Program-made: the position numbers and the translations under genes
Shown here: positions 11,831 through 22,722 of the stretch, piece by piece
Layout: each line of letters begins with the position of its first letter
Numbering within the stretch: position 1 is the first letter of the stretch
NCBI RefSeq assembly: GCF_001194135.2
Contig: NC_068986.1
Coordinates: forward strand, 36,689,755 to 36,723,562
From: Octopus bimaculoides
Lineage: Eukaryota
Direction: 5' to 3'
Length of the DNA stretch: 33,808 nucleotides
The notes under the pieces: generated by a model
Databases searched by the model: none
Told to the model about the DNA's origin: nothing
Seen by the model: the letters and a program-made list of their open reading frames with translations, nothing else

Positions 11831-12771
11831 TTATAGCCAATAACCTGTAAAAAGATGAGAACCGTAATTTGACTATTTCTTCACTGATAGTATGAATGAA
11901 TATGCAGTATTTAGTTGTGGCTCAATGGATTACTAAGTTGTATAATATGTTTACAATTTTTTAATGCTGTTTAAAATAACACATTCACATATCCTATGTA
12001 ACTTTGGAAACAAAGGTGATATGGGTTTTGAGTTTCGTAGCTAGTAATTGAAATTCCAAATTATAATACAAAATAAAGAAGCGTTGTTTGAGAAAATGTA
12101 TAGTATGTACTGAAACACATAGTTATATTAAAATGCAGTTTTCTTTTGTGATTAAATCTATAATAGCAGTTGACACTCAATATCTTTATAACCATTTAAT
12201 ATCTTAACTAGCGTCCACTAAATCTCTTTCCTTAAAATCATTCTAGTATCAAAAAGATACCTCATTAGAAACTTTGTTCGTGTAAGAAACACTTAAGTGC
12301 GTCTGTTATTCATGTGTCATTAGATACGACGTTCCAAATGTATTGAACACATTGCCAGATATGATTCTCATAGTAGAAAATTTAAGTGGAACGTTAAATG
12401 TGTTTGATTTATGAATACAATCGAAATTGTCAGATTCTCTTGTTCATAACAAAATTAATTTTCCTTAACCACTTCTGTTATAAGAAAACATAATAGGAAA
12501 TCCACCGTTACGATTGCAAGGAATCCGAAATTTTGATCGTGACCTTCATCTTATCAGCTATATGAAGAAAGCTATTAATACTTCATTAAACAAATGGTGG
12601 TTGATTTACAGAATAGTCTGAGTGTGAATTAAAATATTTTGCAGTGCTTAGTTACGAGATTTTACAATTTAGGTTCAAATAGTGCCGGAATTAAATCTAT
12701 CACACTCTAATCTTCCAATGATGTAAAAACCTTCAAACTAATCGAAGTATTTCCGTGGATACTGCTATATG

Positions 12772-12850
12772 TAAGTACTAGGGTCGATTCACTCGACTTA
12801 AGTTTCTTCAAGGCTGTGCCCCACCATGACCGCAGTCTAATGACTGAATT
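12772..12850 (+). mobile_element. 3'-terminal fragment of SINE family B
   Basis: TAAGTACTAGGGTCGATTCACTCGACT...GGCTGTGCCCCACCATGACCGCAGTCTAATGACTGAA matches the tail of 2381-2786. Confidence 0.75.
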
Positions 12851-13734
12851 ATTAAAATATATCCAACTGAATGTCGATGTTCGAACGCCGACTAGTGTGG
12901 TACTCGCTTTGAGAAGACATCACAGATGGACGTATGGTGCATAAAAGCACACATATTTATATTGTTGACAGAGGAGAAGACCACATGAATACAGCTATCT
13001 CATTTGGTCGTATCTTAACTGCAGACTATTTTTCTTATGACAGAAATCATTTATAAGTGCTGCAAATATAAACTCTATTTCAAAAATGCGTTTGAGAAAA
13101 GCCAGCTTGAATACAACTTTATATTTATCAGAAGAAAACTAAACTGGAGCTTGCTGTCAATAGAAAATGACGCACTCATTATCCAATCGTCTTTTGAGTT
13201 TCTGAAATAAACCTTAAGTAGATGCAAAATGAGGAGTCATTAATTTCTTAAAATATCTCCACTGTATTACAAATTCTAGATATTTTCTGTTCGGTTTTTT
13301 CTTCTCAAAGGATCCAGAACTTTTTTTTATTATCATTTTACTGCATATTATTATATAAGCTAGAATTCACAGAATTATTAATATGCATGAGGACTTCTGA
13401 CCAGAGGACACGAGCGATAAGCGCTGCAGATAGAATTTCCAGTAAATGAGATCCTTATACCAAGCTATCGGTACAACACACACGAGTCATGATCTTCTTG
13501 AAAGACGCGAATATAAAATGTCAAGCTACTGCAAAGTGTCAAGTTGAGCATCAACATTATATTTGTCATTCCCAGATTTATTTTGTGTTCTTTTTCTTCT
13601 TCTTTGCTTCTGCTGTTCTCGTTGGGCCTTGATTTTGAATTCTCACTTAAGCACAGTTTTACAGTTACTTGGGTGGCTATAGGAAGTTACTATACTGGTC
13701 TTATTTTATCAAACTCTGCAGAAATGTACATCAA

Positions 13735-13820
13735 ATAGACCACGGCGTGATGTGAACTCGAACTGTAGAAATACGAACACCGCAAGGTATTTTGCTTTAT
13801 CGATTCTGACTAATCGCACT
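13735..13820 (-). mobile_element. 5' fragment of SINE family A
   Basis: Reverse complement shows GAATCGATAAAGCAAAATACCTTGCGGTGTTCGTATTTCTACAGTTCGAGTTCACATCACGCCGTGGTC, a diverged head plus B-box. Confidence 0.5.
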
Positions 13821-14119
13821 TATAATAACGCTTGTGTCTTAAATTTCATTTACAGATGACAATGAAAAATGCACGTTTATATTTGTTCTTATTTATAGTT
13901 AGATATATACAGTTAAAGATTTTCATAAAATTATTTCATTAAGTTAACGATCTGGATTATGCCTTTGATTTATTTCAGTTGTTAAGGTTATTTAAATCGT
14001 AACATGTAATGGAAGCAGTACCTGTTTTTTAGGTAGACCTCAAACGTGGATGCACATATAACTACAAGACCTCAATTGCAAGGAATCAGTATAGTATACT
14101 AAATCTACCGTAGTACTCA

Positions 14120-14190
14120 GCTTGTATCTATTGTAAGGACCCCTTAAAGAATAAAGACAAGGAGACCCCGGCAAGATTTGAAATCAGAAT
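14120..14190 (-). mobile_element. Internal fragment of SINE family A
   Basis: GACCCCTTAAAGAATAAAGACAAGGAGACCCCGGCAAGATTTGAAATCAGAAT parallels GACTCCGAACGGATGAATGGTAAAGTCGACCCTGGCTGCATTTGAACCCAGAAT at ~4801. Confidence 0.55.
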
Positions 14191-14267
14191 ATTCTCTGGT
14201 CCGCTACACTTCTATTTTTACCGAATTATCGTCATTATAATATCGCAGTTAATATTAACACATGTGA

Positions 14268-14480
14268 GAGCGGCGAGCAGAGAGAATCGTTAGCATGCCG
14301 GAAAAAATGCTTAGCGACATTTAATCCGTTTTCATGTTCTAAGTTCAAATTCCTCTGAGGTCAACTTAACCTTTGATCTTTTAGGGGCTGATAAAATAAG
14401 TTCCATTTGAGCAATGGGGGCGATTTAATCGATCTACCCCACTCCCGAACTTGCTGGCCATCTGCCAAAATTTAAAACCA
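14268..14480 (+). mobile_element. Full-length SINE family A
   Basis: GCGGCGAGCAGAGAGAATCGTTAGCATGCCGGAAAAAATGCTTAGCG...GTTCAAATTCCTCTGAGGTCAAC...CTTGCTGGCCATCTGCCAAAATTTAAAACC. Confidence 0.85.
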
Positions 14481-14496
14481 ACGTTAACACTACTAA

Positions 14497-14701
14497 AGGT
14501 GGTGCGCTTGCGCAATCGTTAGTATGCTGAGCAAAATGCTTAGTGGTATTTCGTCTGTCTTCGTGTTTTGAGCTCAACATCCTCTGTGGTAAACTTCACT
14601 TTTCGCCCTTTCAGCTCAATACAGAAAAAATAAGCACTGGAGTCGATATAACCGACTTACTCCTCCACTAAAATTTATGACCTCGTGTCAAATTTGAAAC
14701 C
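14497..14701 (+). mobile_element. Full-length SINE family A (second copy of a tandem pair)
   Basis: GGTGGTGCGCTTGCGCAATCGTTAGTATGCTGAGCAAAATGCTTAGTGGTATTTCGTCTGTC...GGAGTCGATATAACCGACT...AAATTTGAAACC. Confidence 0.82.
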
Positions 14702-15364
14702 AATATTAACACTAGTTGAATATAGTACTACCGGAATATAACAGATACTTTGTACGGCACTGTATCTAGAGAAAAATATAATTAAATTCAGTCAGCTCAA
14801 AAAATAGCATCAGGAATATGCGACATTCTCATCATTTTGAAGTTATTTGTCTTTTACATCTTGCTACAAATATATATTTTGAAAATGGTTTCAAATTATT
14901 TTACGAAAAAAATTACAAAATATGACATTCTATTCCACTTGATTAGTTAGTCAATATATTTCAAAACAGAAGTGGCAGAATGTTCACAGAGAAGATTAAA
15001 GCTGTCAACCAGAAATATTTTAGTCTAGAGCCTAGTAAATGACACTGGCTACAAAAGCAGTGTTTATTTTAGATGGCATTATAGTTAATCAGCATTTGAT
15101 CAGTTTTTAATTATTGTTTGAATAGTATGTAATCTTTTCAAGGTTTTTGAATTAAGATATACAAATGTGAGACAGTAGTAAATATTTCCACATTGTTAAT
15201 GGTTCCTCAAATTTACAACTGGTTGCTTTACTCGTTTGAAAATGATTTCATCTATTCATCATACAATACCGTCACTCAAATATTTTTCTTTACCTGTTCA
15301 GTGCCGACAACTAACTTTGATAGCTTATATACAATATCTACAGAATAATGAAGTATAAGTCGAA

Positions 15365-15521
15365 GGAATGGCTGTGTGGTAAGAAGCTTGCTTCCCAACT
15401 ACATGGTTCTGGGTTTAGTTCCACTGCGCGGCATCTTGCGCAAGAGTCTTTTACTATTGCCTTGGGCAGACCAAAGACTTGTGAGTGAATTTGATGAACA
15501 GAAACTGAAAGAAATCCGTAG

Positions 15522-15560
<39 letters not shown>

Positions 15561-15562
15561 TT
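15365..15562 (+). mobile_element. 5' half of SINE family B ending in (TA)n(TG)n
   Basis: TGGCTGTGTGGTAAGAAGCTTGCTTCCCAACTACATGGTTCTGGGTTTAGTTCCACTGCGCGGC, homologous to 2381. Confidence 0.88.
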
Positions 15563-15951
15563 CTCTCACTCACCATGGGGTTAGGTGGCTCTACGACTGT
15601 CCATCGCAAAAAAACACACACATACAGACAGACGCACGCATGCATGCATACGAATGTCTACTATACACCATTTTAAACTCGTGATTACTTATGTACTTTT
15701 GTAAATGTGTGTGTGTGTGTGTCACGTCCTATAACTGGGTGTCTTTCTACTTTTGTAGGTTCTTCTCTGTTGCTGTTACATATTGTGAAATTTAAAATTT
15801 TTAATGGTTTTCCACGTTAAATCCGATTTTGTTATTTGTTTGTTAGGGAAAAATTGCAGAAGAATATTACTGAGGCTTAAATTTTAATCAAATTTACCTC
15901 CCGAGAAAACAGGATTTGGAACCTTGCATTTTCTGCATGATAACAAAATGA

Positions 15952-16086
15952 TTACGACGAGGAATCTTTATTAAACAAACAGATGCAAAGCATCACGTCG
16001 ACCGTAGTTGTGAGAACCTCTGAAGTTTCAATACGTTTTAATGAATAAAGTGATGTGAAAGGGTTGAACAGACACGCAAATAGCTT
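15952..16086 (-). pseudogene. Possible 3' end of a Penelope-like ORF (GIY-YIG C-terminus)
   Basis: Minus frame reads KLFACLFNPFTSLYSLKRIETSEVLTTTVDVMLCICLFNKDSSS*, loosely resembling the R..E..EI...L.N.D ending of PLE endonucleases; truncated by the gap. Confidence 0.3.
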
Positions 16087-16274
16087 NNNNNNNNNNNNNN
16101 NNNNNNNNNNNNNNNNNNNNNNNNNNNNNNNNNNNNNNNNNNNNNNNNNNNNNNNNNNNNNNNNNNNNNNNNNNNNNNNNNNNNNNNNNNNNNNNNNNNN
16201 NNNNNNNNNNNNNNNNNNNNNNNNNNNNNNNNNNNNNNNNNNNNNNNNNNNNNNNNNTATATATATATATATAT

Positions 16275-16451
16275 TCGCCATGATATATCATGTAGCTAAC
16301 CACTACACACATTTTTTCTCTCCTTCCTTTCTGTGGAAGAGCGTAGGCTCGAAACGTCAAATACTTTTTCAATTTCCGAGCGTTATACTAATACATATGT
16401 TTGTTTTCTACACCGCCTGTCTTCGTCAGTTGTTTTTTTGTGAATTCTCCC
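16275..16451 (+). mobile_element. Short non-coding element with hammerhead-like motif, inserted in a (TA)n tract (Penelope-type terminal repeat or non-autonomous derivative)
   Basis: Bounded on both sides by TATATA runs (16258-16274, 16452-16460); contains the motif at 16328-16361. Confidence 0.6.
16328..16361 (+). ncRNA. Degenerate minimal type-I hammerhead ribozyme motif
   Basis: TTT-CTGTGGA-A-GAGC-gtag-GCTC-GAAACGTC-AAA: perfect 4-bp stem II, GAAA, palindromic ACGT, GUC site. The core reads CUGUGGA instead of CUGANGA, and stem I is only 3 bp. Confidence 0.5.
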
Positions 16452-16485
<34 letters not shown>

Positions 16486-16518
16486 CATGTATGTATGTAT
16501 GTATGTATATATATATAG
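16452..16518. repeat. (TA)n-(TATG)n-(TA)n microsatellite
   Basis: Read directly. Confidence 0.93.
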
Positions 16519-17139
16519 GTATCTCGTTAGGTCGGAATAATATACACATACAACTATATTATGTAAATATCAAACTTGGTACTTTAGTACCGGCCGAATG
16601 ATATTCTTGCAGTGTATGTAGACAAGACCCACCTGAGTGAAGAAATCTGCTGTTGAAATATTCACACATGTACATTATATTAAATATACGGTCCATAATA
16701 TTTACGGAGGCCAGATTTTGAGATAGGTGGATAAAATGTATATGAGTAACAGTAGGGGTACTGGCGTCAGTCGATTACGGCCGTTTCAAACGGTTCCTTT
16801 AATTGATTCATAAAAACATTACACCAGGCTCAAATAGTACCAGAACCACTGGAAATTTTTGTTTGTTCCGTGGGTTGTAAACTATGTTAAATCATTTTGA
16901 ATGTCCTTTATTTTTAAGTTCATGAATACATCTGAAGAAAAGGGTTTCTTTACGATGATTTAATAATGTTTTCATTATTGAATTTAAGGAGTTGTTAGAA
17001 AAAGTCGAGAGCAAACATAGATATCACTGAGGAACCTCAATTCTGACGCCCATGGAGCCTTCAGGATAAGAGAAACGAAGCAGGAGAGGACTACTCTAAT
17101 ACGTATTTAGTACTCACTACATAAGCGACTTGATATGAG

Positions 17140-17245
17140 CTGCCTTGTTAAAGAACATAATGTTTTTCCCGATCCAACAATTGAACTCGAAATCTTATTG
17201 TTTATCTTGAGCCGAACACCCTTAAAGACCGAGCATCGTCGTATA
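17140..17245 (-). mobile_element. Degenerate tRNA-like SINE head
   Basis: Reverse complement contains GGGTGTTCGGCTCAAGATAAACAATAAGATTTCGAGTTCAATTGTTGGATCGGG...ATTATGTTCTTTAACAAGGCA, similar in layout to 19051-19140. Confidence 0.45.
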
Positions 17246-17946
17246 ACATGACAACTGTGACTTCCTTGTAATAAGATTAAGTAAATAAGACAATATTTTC
17301 TCGCAATAAACTCTTAGTTACTAATTTATAGTTAGCAATGTTATAGTCGTAAAAGTATTTACAAAATAACTTACGAACGTCAAGATAGAAAACAGTGAAA
17401 TCGATTGCTAAAACACGGCTAAATGTGATATACAAACGTATTTAATAATACACAATAATGAATACAATTCGTTCCATCCTAAATGAATGAACTGACAATT
17501 CCATGAAACCACCGATGAATCGATTAATCCACCTGTCATTTTCATTCATGTATGCATATATAATACATGATTAACACTCTGAGAAATGGAACCTAGTACC
17601 ATCCTGTCAAGAGACTAGAAACATGTAAAGTAAGTTATTTCAATTCATTTACATACGTCGATCATTGTATTATCTTACAGTATTCTCATATGTAATTTAG
17701 TTTTCTTTTCTTTTTGATAGCAATTTGATGAATGTATTCAACACTGGCTAATGAATTTTCACCAAGAAATAAACTTATTCAGTCTACCTTCGACTCAAAT
17801 ATCACTCGCACGTTTATTTATGAGAGAATAAAAATTCTGCGAAAGTTTCACGTTGATATTTCCTCACACACACGCACAAACATACACAGATACTCATACT
17901 TATATTACTATATATATGCATATATGTCTATGTATTTGCACGTGTT

Positions 17947-18135
<189 letters not shown>

Positions 18136-18299
18136 GCACATGGATTTGATATGAAACATTACACATTATATATACTATATTCTATTTATTATATTAAATT
18201 GAAAGATCAAAATAATCGAAAAAGGTCTGATTTATATACTTGTAAAATTATATATTACAGTGCATTACTATATTCGTAAAATATTTGCCTTCCGTTCCG

Positions 18300-18570
18300 T
18301 ATATTCATATCTTCATTGGCACCATTCGAGTCCGAGTTTGGTTTATCTGGTACCTCCATGATGCTTAAACTTGACATGGCTCAGAAGACCAAGTATGGAA
18401 TGGAGCAATCTCGGCCATTCATGGCATGGTAGGGAGGGTAATGGTCTTTCTNNNNNNNNNNACGAGCTTTGTGGAATCTTGAAGGGGCCATTCGGGTAAA
18501 ATGTCCTGACTACCGGAGGCGATGCTTGAGGATGGTAGCTTCAATACTATACTTGGCATTTCTGAACTAT
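18300..18570 (-). mobile_element. 3' fragment of an RTE-clade non-LTR retrotransposon (pseudogenised, split by a 10-N gap)
   Basis: Minus strand 18570-18462 reads ...SIEATILKHRLR*SGHFTRMAPSRFHK, matching the RTE motif SIEA...LRW.GHV.RM...RLPK. 18451-18345 reads ERPLPSLPCHEWPRLLHSILGLLSHVKFKH*, matching the RTE C-terminal C..C.R....IGL.SH finger. A short tail follows. Confidence 0.8.
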
Positions 18571-18647
18571 TGATGACACACATGTATGTATGTATGTATG
18601 TATTACATTATTCAGTTTTATTTTATGATTTCTTGCCAATAGAGGAG

Positions 18648-18785
<138 letters not shown>

Positions 18786-19050
18786 GCAAAATAATTTGCG
18801 TCTTTCTTAATTATGTTTCTGTTAATACTGATGATAATATTCTGAAATTTCACTCCACTAACTTTTCAGTATAGAATTACAGAACTTCAGCAAACATTAA
18901 ACAATGTATTGTCTTAAGAATAACCGTTTTGAATACAACCATAACTCATTAAGATATTTAAAACAAAAGACTGTACTAATATAAAAGTAATTATTTATGG
19001 ATACATAGATATAATTTATGTAAATACTGCAAGTTTAGTGTAAAAAGTTT

Positions 19051-19300
19051 GTAGCCGAGCGTTAGGCTGATGAGGATGTTGGATCGTGTGTTCGATTACC
19101 GCATCGAGTGGTGTGTTGTGTTCTTGAGCGAAGCACTTCATTTCATGTTACTGTGATGAATAAGTTTTTCGTTCATGAGGAATGTTGGTCCGCTCGTCTG
19201 GCCAGCTGGGTGGCATCGTTCGAAAGCTAAAACGATGCGAAGCGCATTGTGACCAGCGATATATAACAGAATCCAATAGTCAAGTTAGTCACATGATCAT
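19051..19300 (+). mobile_element. tRNA-derived SINE, family C
   Basis: A-box-like TAGCCGAGCGTT, B-box-like GTTCGATTAC, then GTGTTGTGTTCTTGAGCGAAGCACTTCATTTCA and a GC-richer body ending TCACATGATCATG; one copy here plus a possible head at 17140-17245. Confidence 0.65.
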
Positions 19301-20362
19301 GGGATAATAGTACTAAAATACTAGTATTGCACTATCAGATACTAATATTTTGCACAGTTAGATAAACACTAATTCATTACAAACGTTATAAGCCGCGAAC
19401 TGGATGTGCATGTATAACGACAATTTGGGTGTTGTGCTTTTGAATTTTAGACGTAATACATCATCACGTTTAACCCCACTACCTTCTTCTTATGTGCTTT
19501 CGGCGAAATCTTCCGTTTCAAGCATTTGCGCCAAACCTTCCTTTTGAAGATAACATGCTCCATTCTTTCTGACCAGGTATAGAAGCTTAGTTAAAGACAG
19601 GGCCAACCCTGATTCAACTATAAAAGTGATATTTTTCAGCATTATACAGCTCAATACAACATTACACTCTACACAAAAAGTAGACGTGAATATTTTCTAT
19701 GACTTTTCATAAATCCAAATTGGAGACAACAGAGTGGTATATGTACCGTAATCAACTTGCAATAGTCTGCATATTTCGAATATTATTCTGCACAAGAATA
19801 TAATCTTTCTCATATCTGAAAGTCTTGTTTCACTTTTGACGCTCTTAAAATTAGAACAGCGAATCAAAAGAAACGCTATCTATTAGACAGATCTTAGGGC
19901 CAACACATTATAAGCACTACATCCACTTTATTTCTGTCGTTATCATCTGAAAGCACCTGCCTTCATTGAATTACACACTACATTGACATTGTACTGAATT
20001 CTGTGATCATTTCATCTTCCTCAAAACGTGCTGTTTTAAACACTGGCCGTTTACATCTTACCACCAACTATTAACCTATAGTAATGTTAATTAAACTTTA
20101 GCCCTTATATTGCATACAGATCCATATCGCTCGGTCTGAGAGATTTTAAGTCAATTATAGGAATTCCTGCAATTTGCAAAGCAAATAACTACATAAAATA
20201 ACTTATAGTTGTAAAGATCAATATATGCCGCACTCAAAGTTTTGTTAATTATAATTGCACCAATATTATTGTACGGTTTTTAATCTAAAATCACATGTAT
20301 TGATTATTTTCCTTTCCTTATACTGTGATAACGCTCAGCTTCATTTTTAACAGTGTAATGCT

Positions 20363-20500
20363 GTAGGCGGTGAATCAGTAGCGTCGTTATCGTGGAATCT
20401 GTTCCAACTCTCCGCAGTCTGAGAGCTAATCCTACGGTGATCCTCTTTGACTTCTATCCTTTCAGAATACAAGGCATGTGCTGGATCAAACAACCTTTTA
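20363..20500 (+). mobile_element. Highly degenerate SINE family A copy
   Basis: AGGCGGTGAATCAGTAGCGTCGTTA...GTCTGAGAGCTAATCCTACGGTGATCCTCTTTGACTTCTATCCTTTC, a weak match to the family A layout. Confidence 0.35.
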
Positions 20501-20940
20501 GCGCATCAGACGAGATATCTGTCTCTTTGCACTCTGAGTTCGTGATTGCTAAACATAATATTTGACGCCACCACAACGTTGCCCTTAGGTGTCATTATTG
20601 TAGATCAATCAACTGCAAGCATACAGGCTAGATCTCTAAGTTGAAGAGAAATTCGTTCTTCCCTCTAACCAATAACAGATGCTATGAAGCATAAAGGATC
20701 ATGGTGGCTGCCCTTTCCTCCCTGTATACATTCGTTAAAAAAGTGTGGTTTAACCGTAATATGCGGTTGCTATTTCTAAAACGTTGGGTCACAACATACA
20801 GTTTATTTAGCTGGCTTTACTTTATCATACATTTTACTCAGTTGACTTGATTTCCAATTTATTATATTGAAACTGCGGCCACTGACTGGAACGGGTAATA
20901 TAATCTATACATATAGTTTTATTGTTAGCATGAAGTTCAT

Positions 20941-20980
20941 TAATATTGATTTCAAATTTTGCTATAAGGCCAGCAAGTTC
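20941..20980 (-). mobile_element. Extremely 5'-truncated SINE family A tail (~40 nt)
   Basis: Reverse complement AACTTGCTGGCCTTATAGCAAAATTTGAAATCAATATTA matches family A tails at 14448-14480 and 21175-21213; flanked by a 15-bp direct repeat at 20933-20947 and 20975-20989 (14/15). Confidence 0.7.
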
Positions 20981-20995
20981 GTTAATATTAGACTT

Positions 20996-21207
20996 ATAAG
21001 AATGCAAGCTAACAGAATCGTTAGCGTGCCGGGCAAAGTGCTTAACGGTATTTCGTCCATCTTTACGTTCCGAGTTCATATTTCACTGAGGTTGCCTTTC
21101 GTCCTTCGGGATCGATAAAATACCAGTTTAGCGCAAGAGTCGATGTAATGGACTAGCCCCCACCCCCGGCCTCTGAATTTCCTGGCTTTGTGCCGAAATT
21201 TAAAACC
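20996..21207 (+). mobile_element. Full-length SINE family A with perfect 12-bp TSD
   Basis: CAGAATCGTTAGCGTGCCGGGCAAAGTGCTTAACGGTATTTCG... flanked by AATATTAGACTT at 20984-20995 and 21208-21219. Confidence 0.9.
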
Positions 21208-21887
21208 AATATTAGACTTTTCTGTAATACTCTTTCCTAATTTCATATATCATTAAAGTGTATTGTAAGTTTTATCTACTTCAAAGTAGCTGCTTAGATG
21301 CCTCTAGTCAAATTACCTTACTTAAAATGTCCAGATCTCACTTGATCTTTTGAGGCTTTAATCTAATCTTTTCTCTGCTGTTTACTGCGTAAAAACAATT
21401 GCCTTTTGAAAGTCTTTTCTAAAATTAACTTATACACAGTTGCCTAATCACATATATAATTTGATATCCGTTTGAATACAAGCATAGTTGTTATAGTTAG
21501 TTGTGCTAAAATACTCGGTTGTCACACAAATGCCTGTATTTCATTACTAGGCGACGCAAGCTAATTGTATCAAGTTATTAATTAATGCGGGTGGCAGAAA
21601 CAGTAAGTTTTAATCAATTTATCTTTTCTCTTCTCCATTTCTTCATTACAGCGTAAAATTAATTACCTTTTAGATACATTTTCTTGGAGTAACTTTACAC
21701 AATTATCTAAGACCATACTCACTTTTTACATTGATTTAAATTCAAGTAGAGTTTTAGCGGTTAGTATTACGATTAATATTATTGTGATGTGCATTTGTTC
21801 TTTAGAAGTGAAACGCTAGGTTGTCATACAGACGCCTGGGTTTCATTATAAATGATGTGATGGAATTTTAGCAAATTAGTAATTGAA

Positions 21888-22032
21888 ACCGGAGTTCGAA
21901 TTTCCTTGAGGTCGACTTTGCCCTTCGGGGTCGATGAAATACGTACCAGTTACGTACTAGTGTCAATGTAATCGACTACCCACTACCCGCCAAAACGATT
22001 CCAGACCTTGTGCCTTTAGTAGAAAGAATTAT
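21888..22032 (+). mobile_element. 5'-truncated SINE family A
   Basis: GAGTTCGAATTTCCTTGAGGTCGACTTTGCCCTTCGGGGTCGATGAAATACGTACCAGTTACGTACT...CCTTGTGCCTTTAGTAGAAAGAATT. Confidence 0.85.
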
Positions 22033-22254
22033 TAAAAGTTATTTTTGTAAAGTACGTGTAATCCGTTCTATCGCAGCGTTTCTAGTAGCTTAGAGTTGAT
22101 GTGGCTGTAAGACTTTCTTATGTTTTTTCTTCGTTTTTACTTACCACATTATGTTTTATGTAGCATATTGAGGCATTTCCAAATAGTGCAGTCTTCCAAA
22201 CACCACTAAAGCACGCGAGAGAACTTTTTGATGTTATTTTGTAGTCTACTTCAC

Positions 22255-22641
22255 AGTTCCTATCGCTCCGATAATGATCTTCCAGATCGCTCATCCCCTT
22301 CTAGGGACGTTTTTCTGCTTTTAATGCGCGCCTATGCCACTCGCAACATTGCGTACGACCCATTACTTCGTCGCTGTAAGCTTGCTGAGGCATGTTCAGT
22401 GTCTTTGTAGCTGACCTTGCAAGTTTAACGCCAAGATTTCGCTTAGGCTCATTGTTCCTGTCTATGACAAAATCACTGACTACAGCATACACGTGATTAC
22501 AAAAGCACAAATTTGACAACTTGCGAAGTAAACACAGCTATGCCATTCAGTTCACTGCCTCACAAAGATCACTGCGCACGCAAGTTCCAACCGTTGCCGC
22601 ACTGCTGAACTAGCCCGGGAGCATTTTGATACCACTTCGTA
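22255..22641 (-). mobile_element. 5' portion of a mariner DNA transposon: left TIR, 5' UTR and pseudogenised N-terminal HTH of the transposase
   Basis: Minus strand begins TACGAAGTGGTATCAAAATGCTCCCGGGCTA (22641-22611; mariner-type TIR starting at TA). It then encodes KRNLGVKLARSATKTLNMPQQAYSDEVMGRTQCCEWH/ARIKSRKTSLEGDERSGRS, matching the mariner consensus IKFC.KLGK.A.ET..ML..AYG....SR...FEW..RFK.GR.S.EDD.RSGRP. Confidence 0.85.
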
Positions 22642-22722
22642 GGTGTGTGTGTAGAGATAATTGCTATTTTGTCACTCATCTGTATTGTTTAATATTTTAT
22701 TGGGTGGTCACAGATTTAGTGT

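Noticed and set aside
19067-19074. CTGATGAG hammerhead-like core
   Set aside because: It lies in a SINE head and has no closing stem II plus GAAA at a suitable distance.
21651-21820. Strong polypyrimidine/AG acceptor followed by a 55-codon open frame
   Set aside because: No matching donor or recognisable peptide; such acceptors are common by chance in AT-rich DNA.
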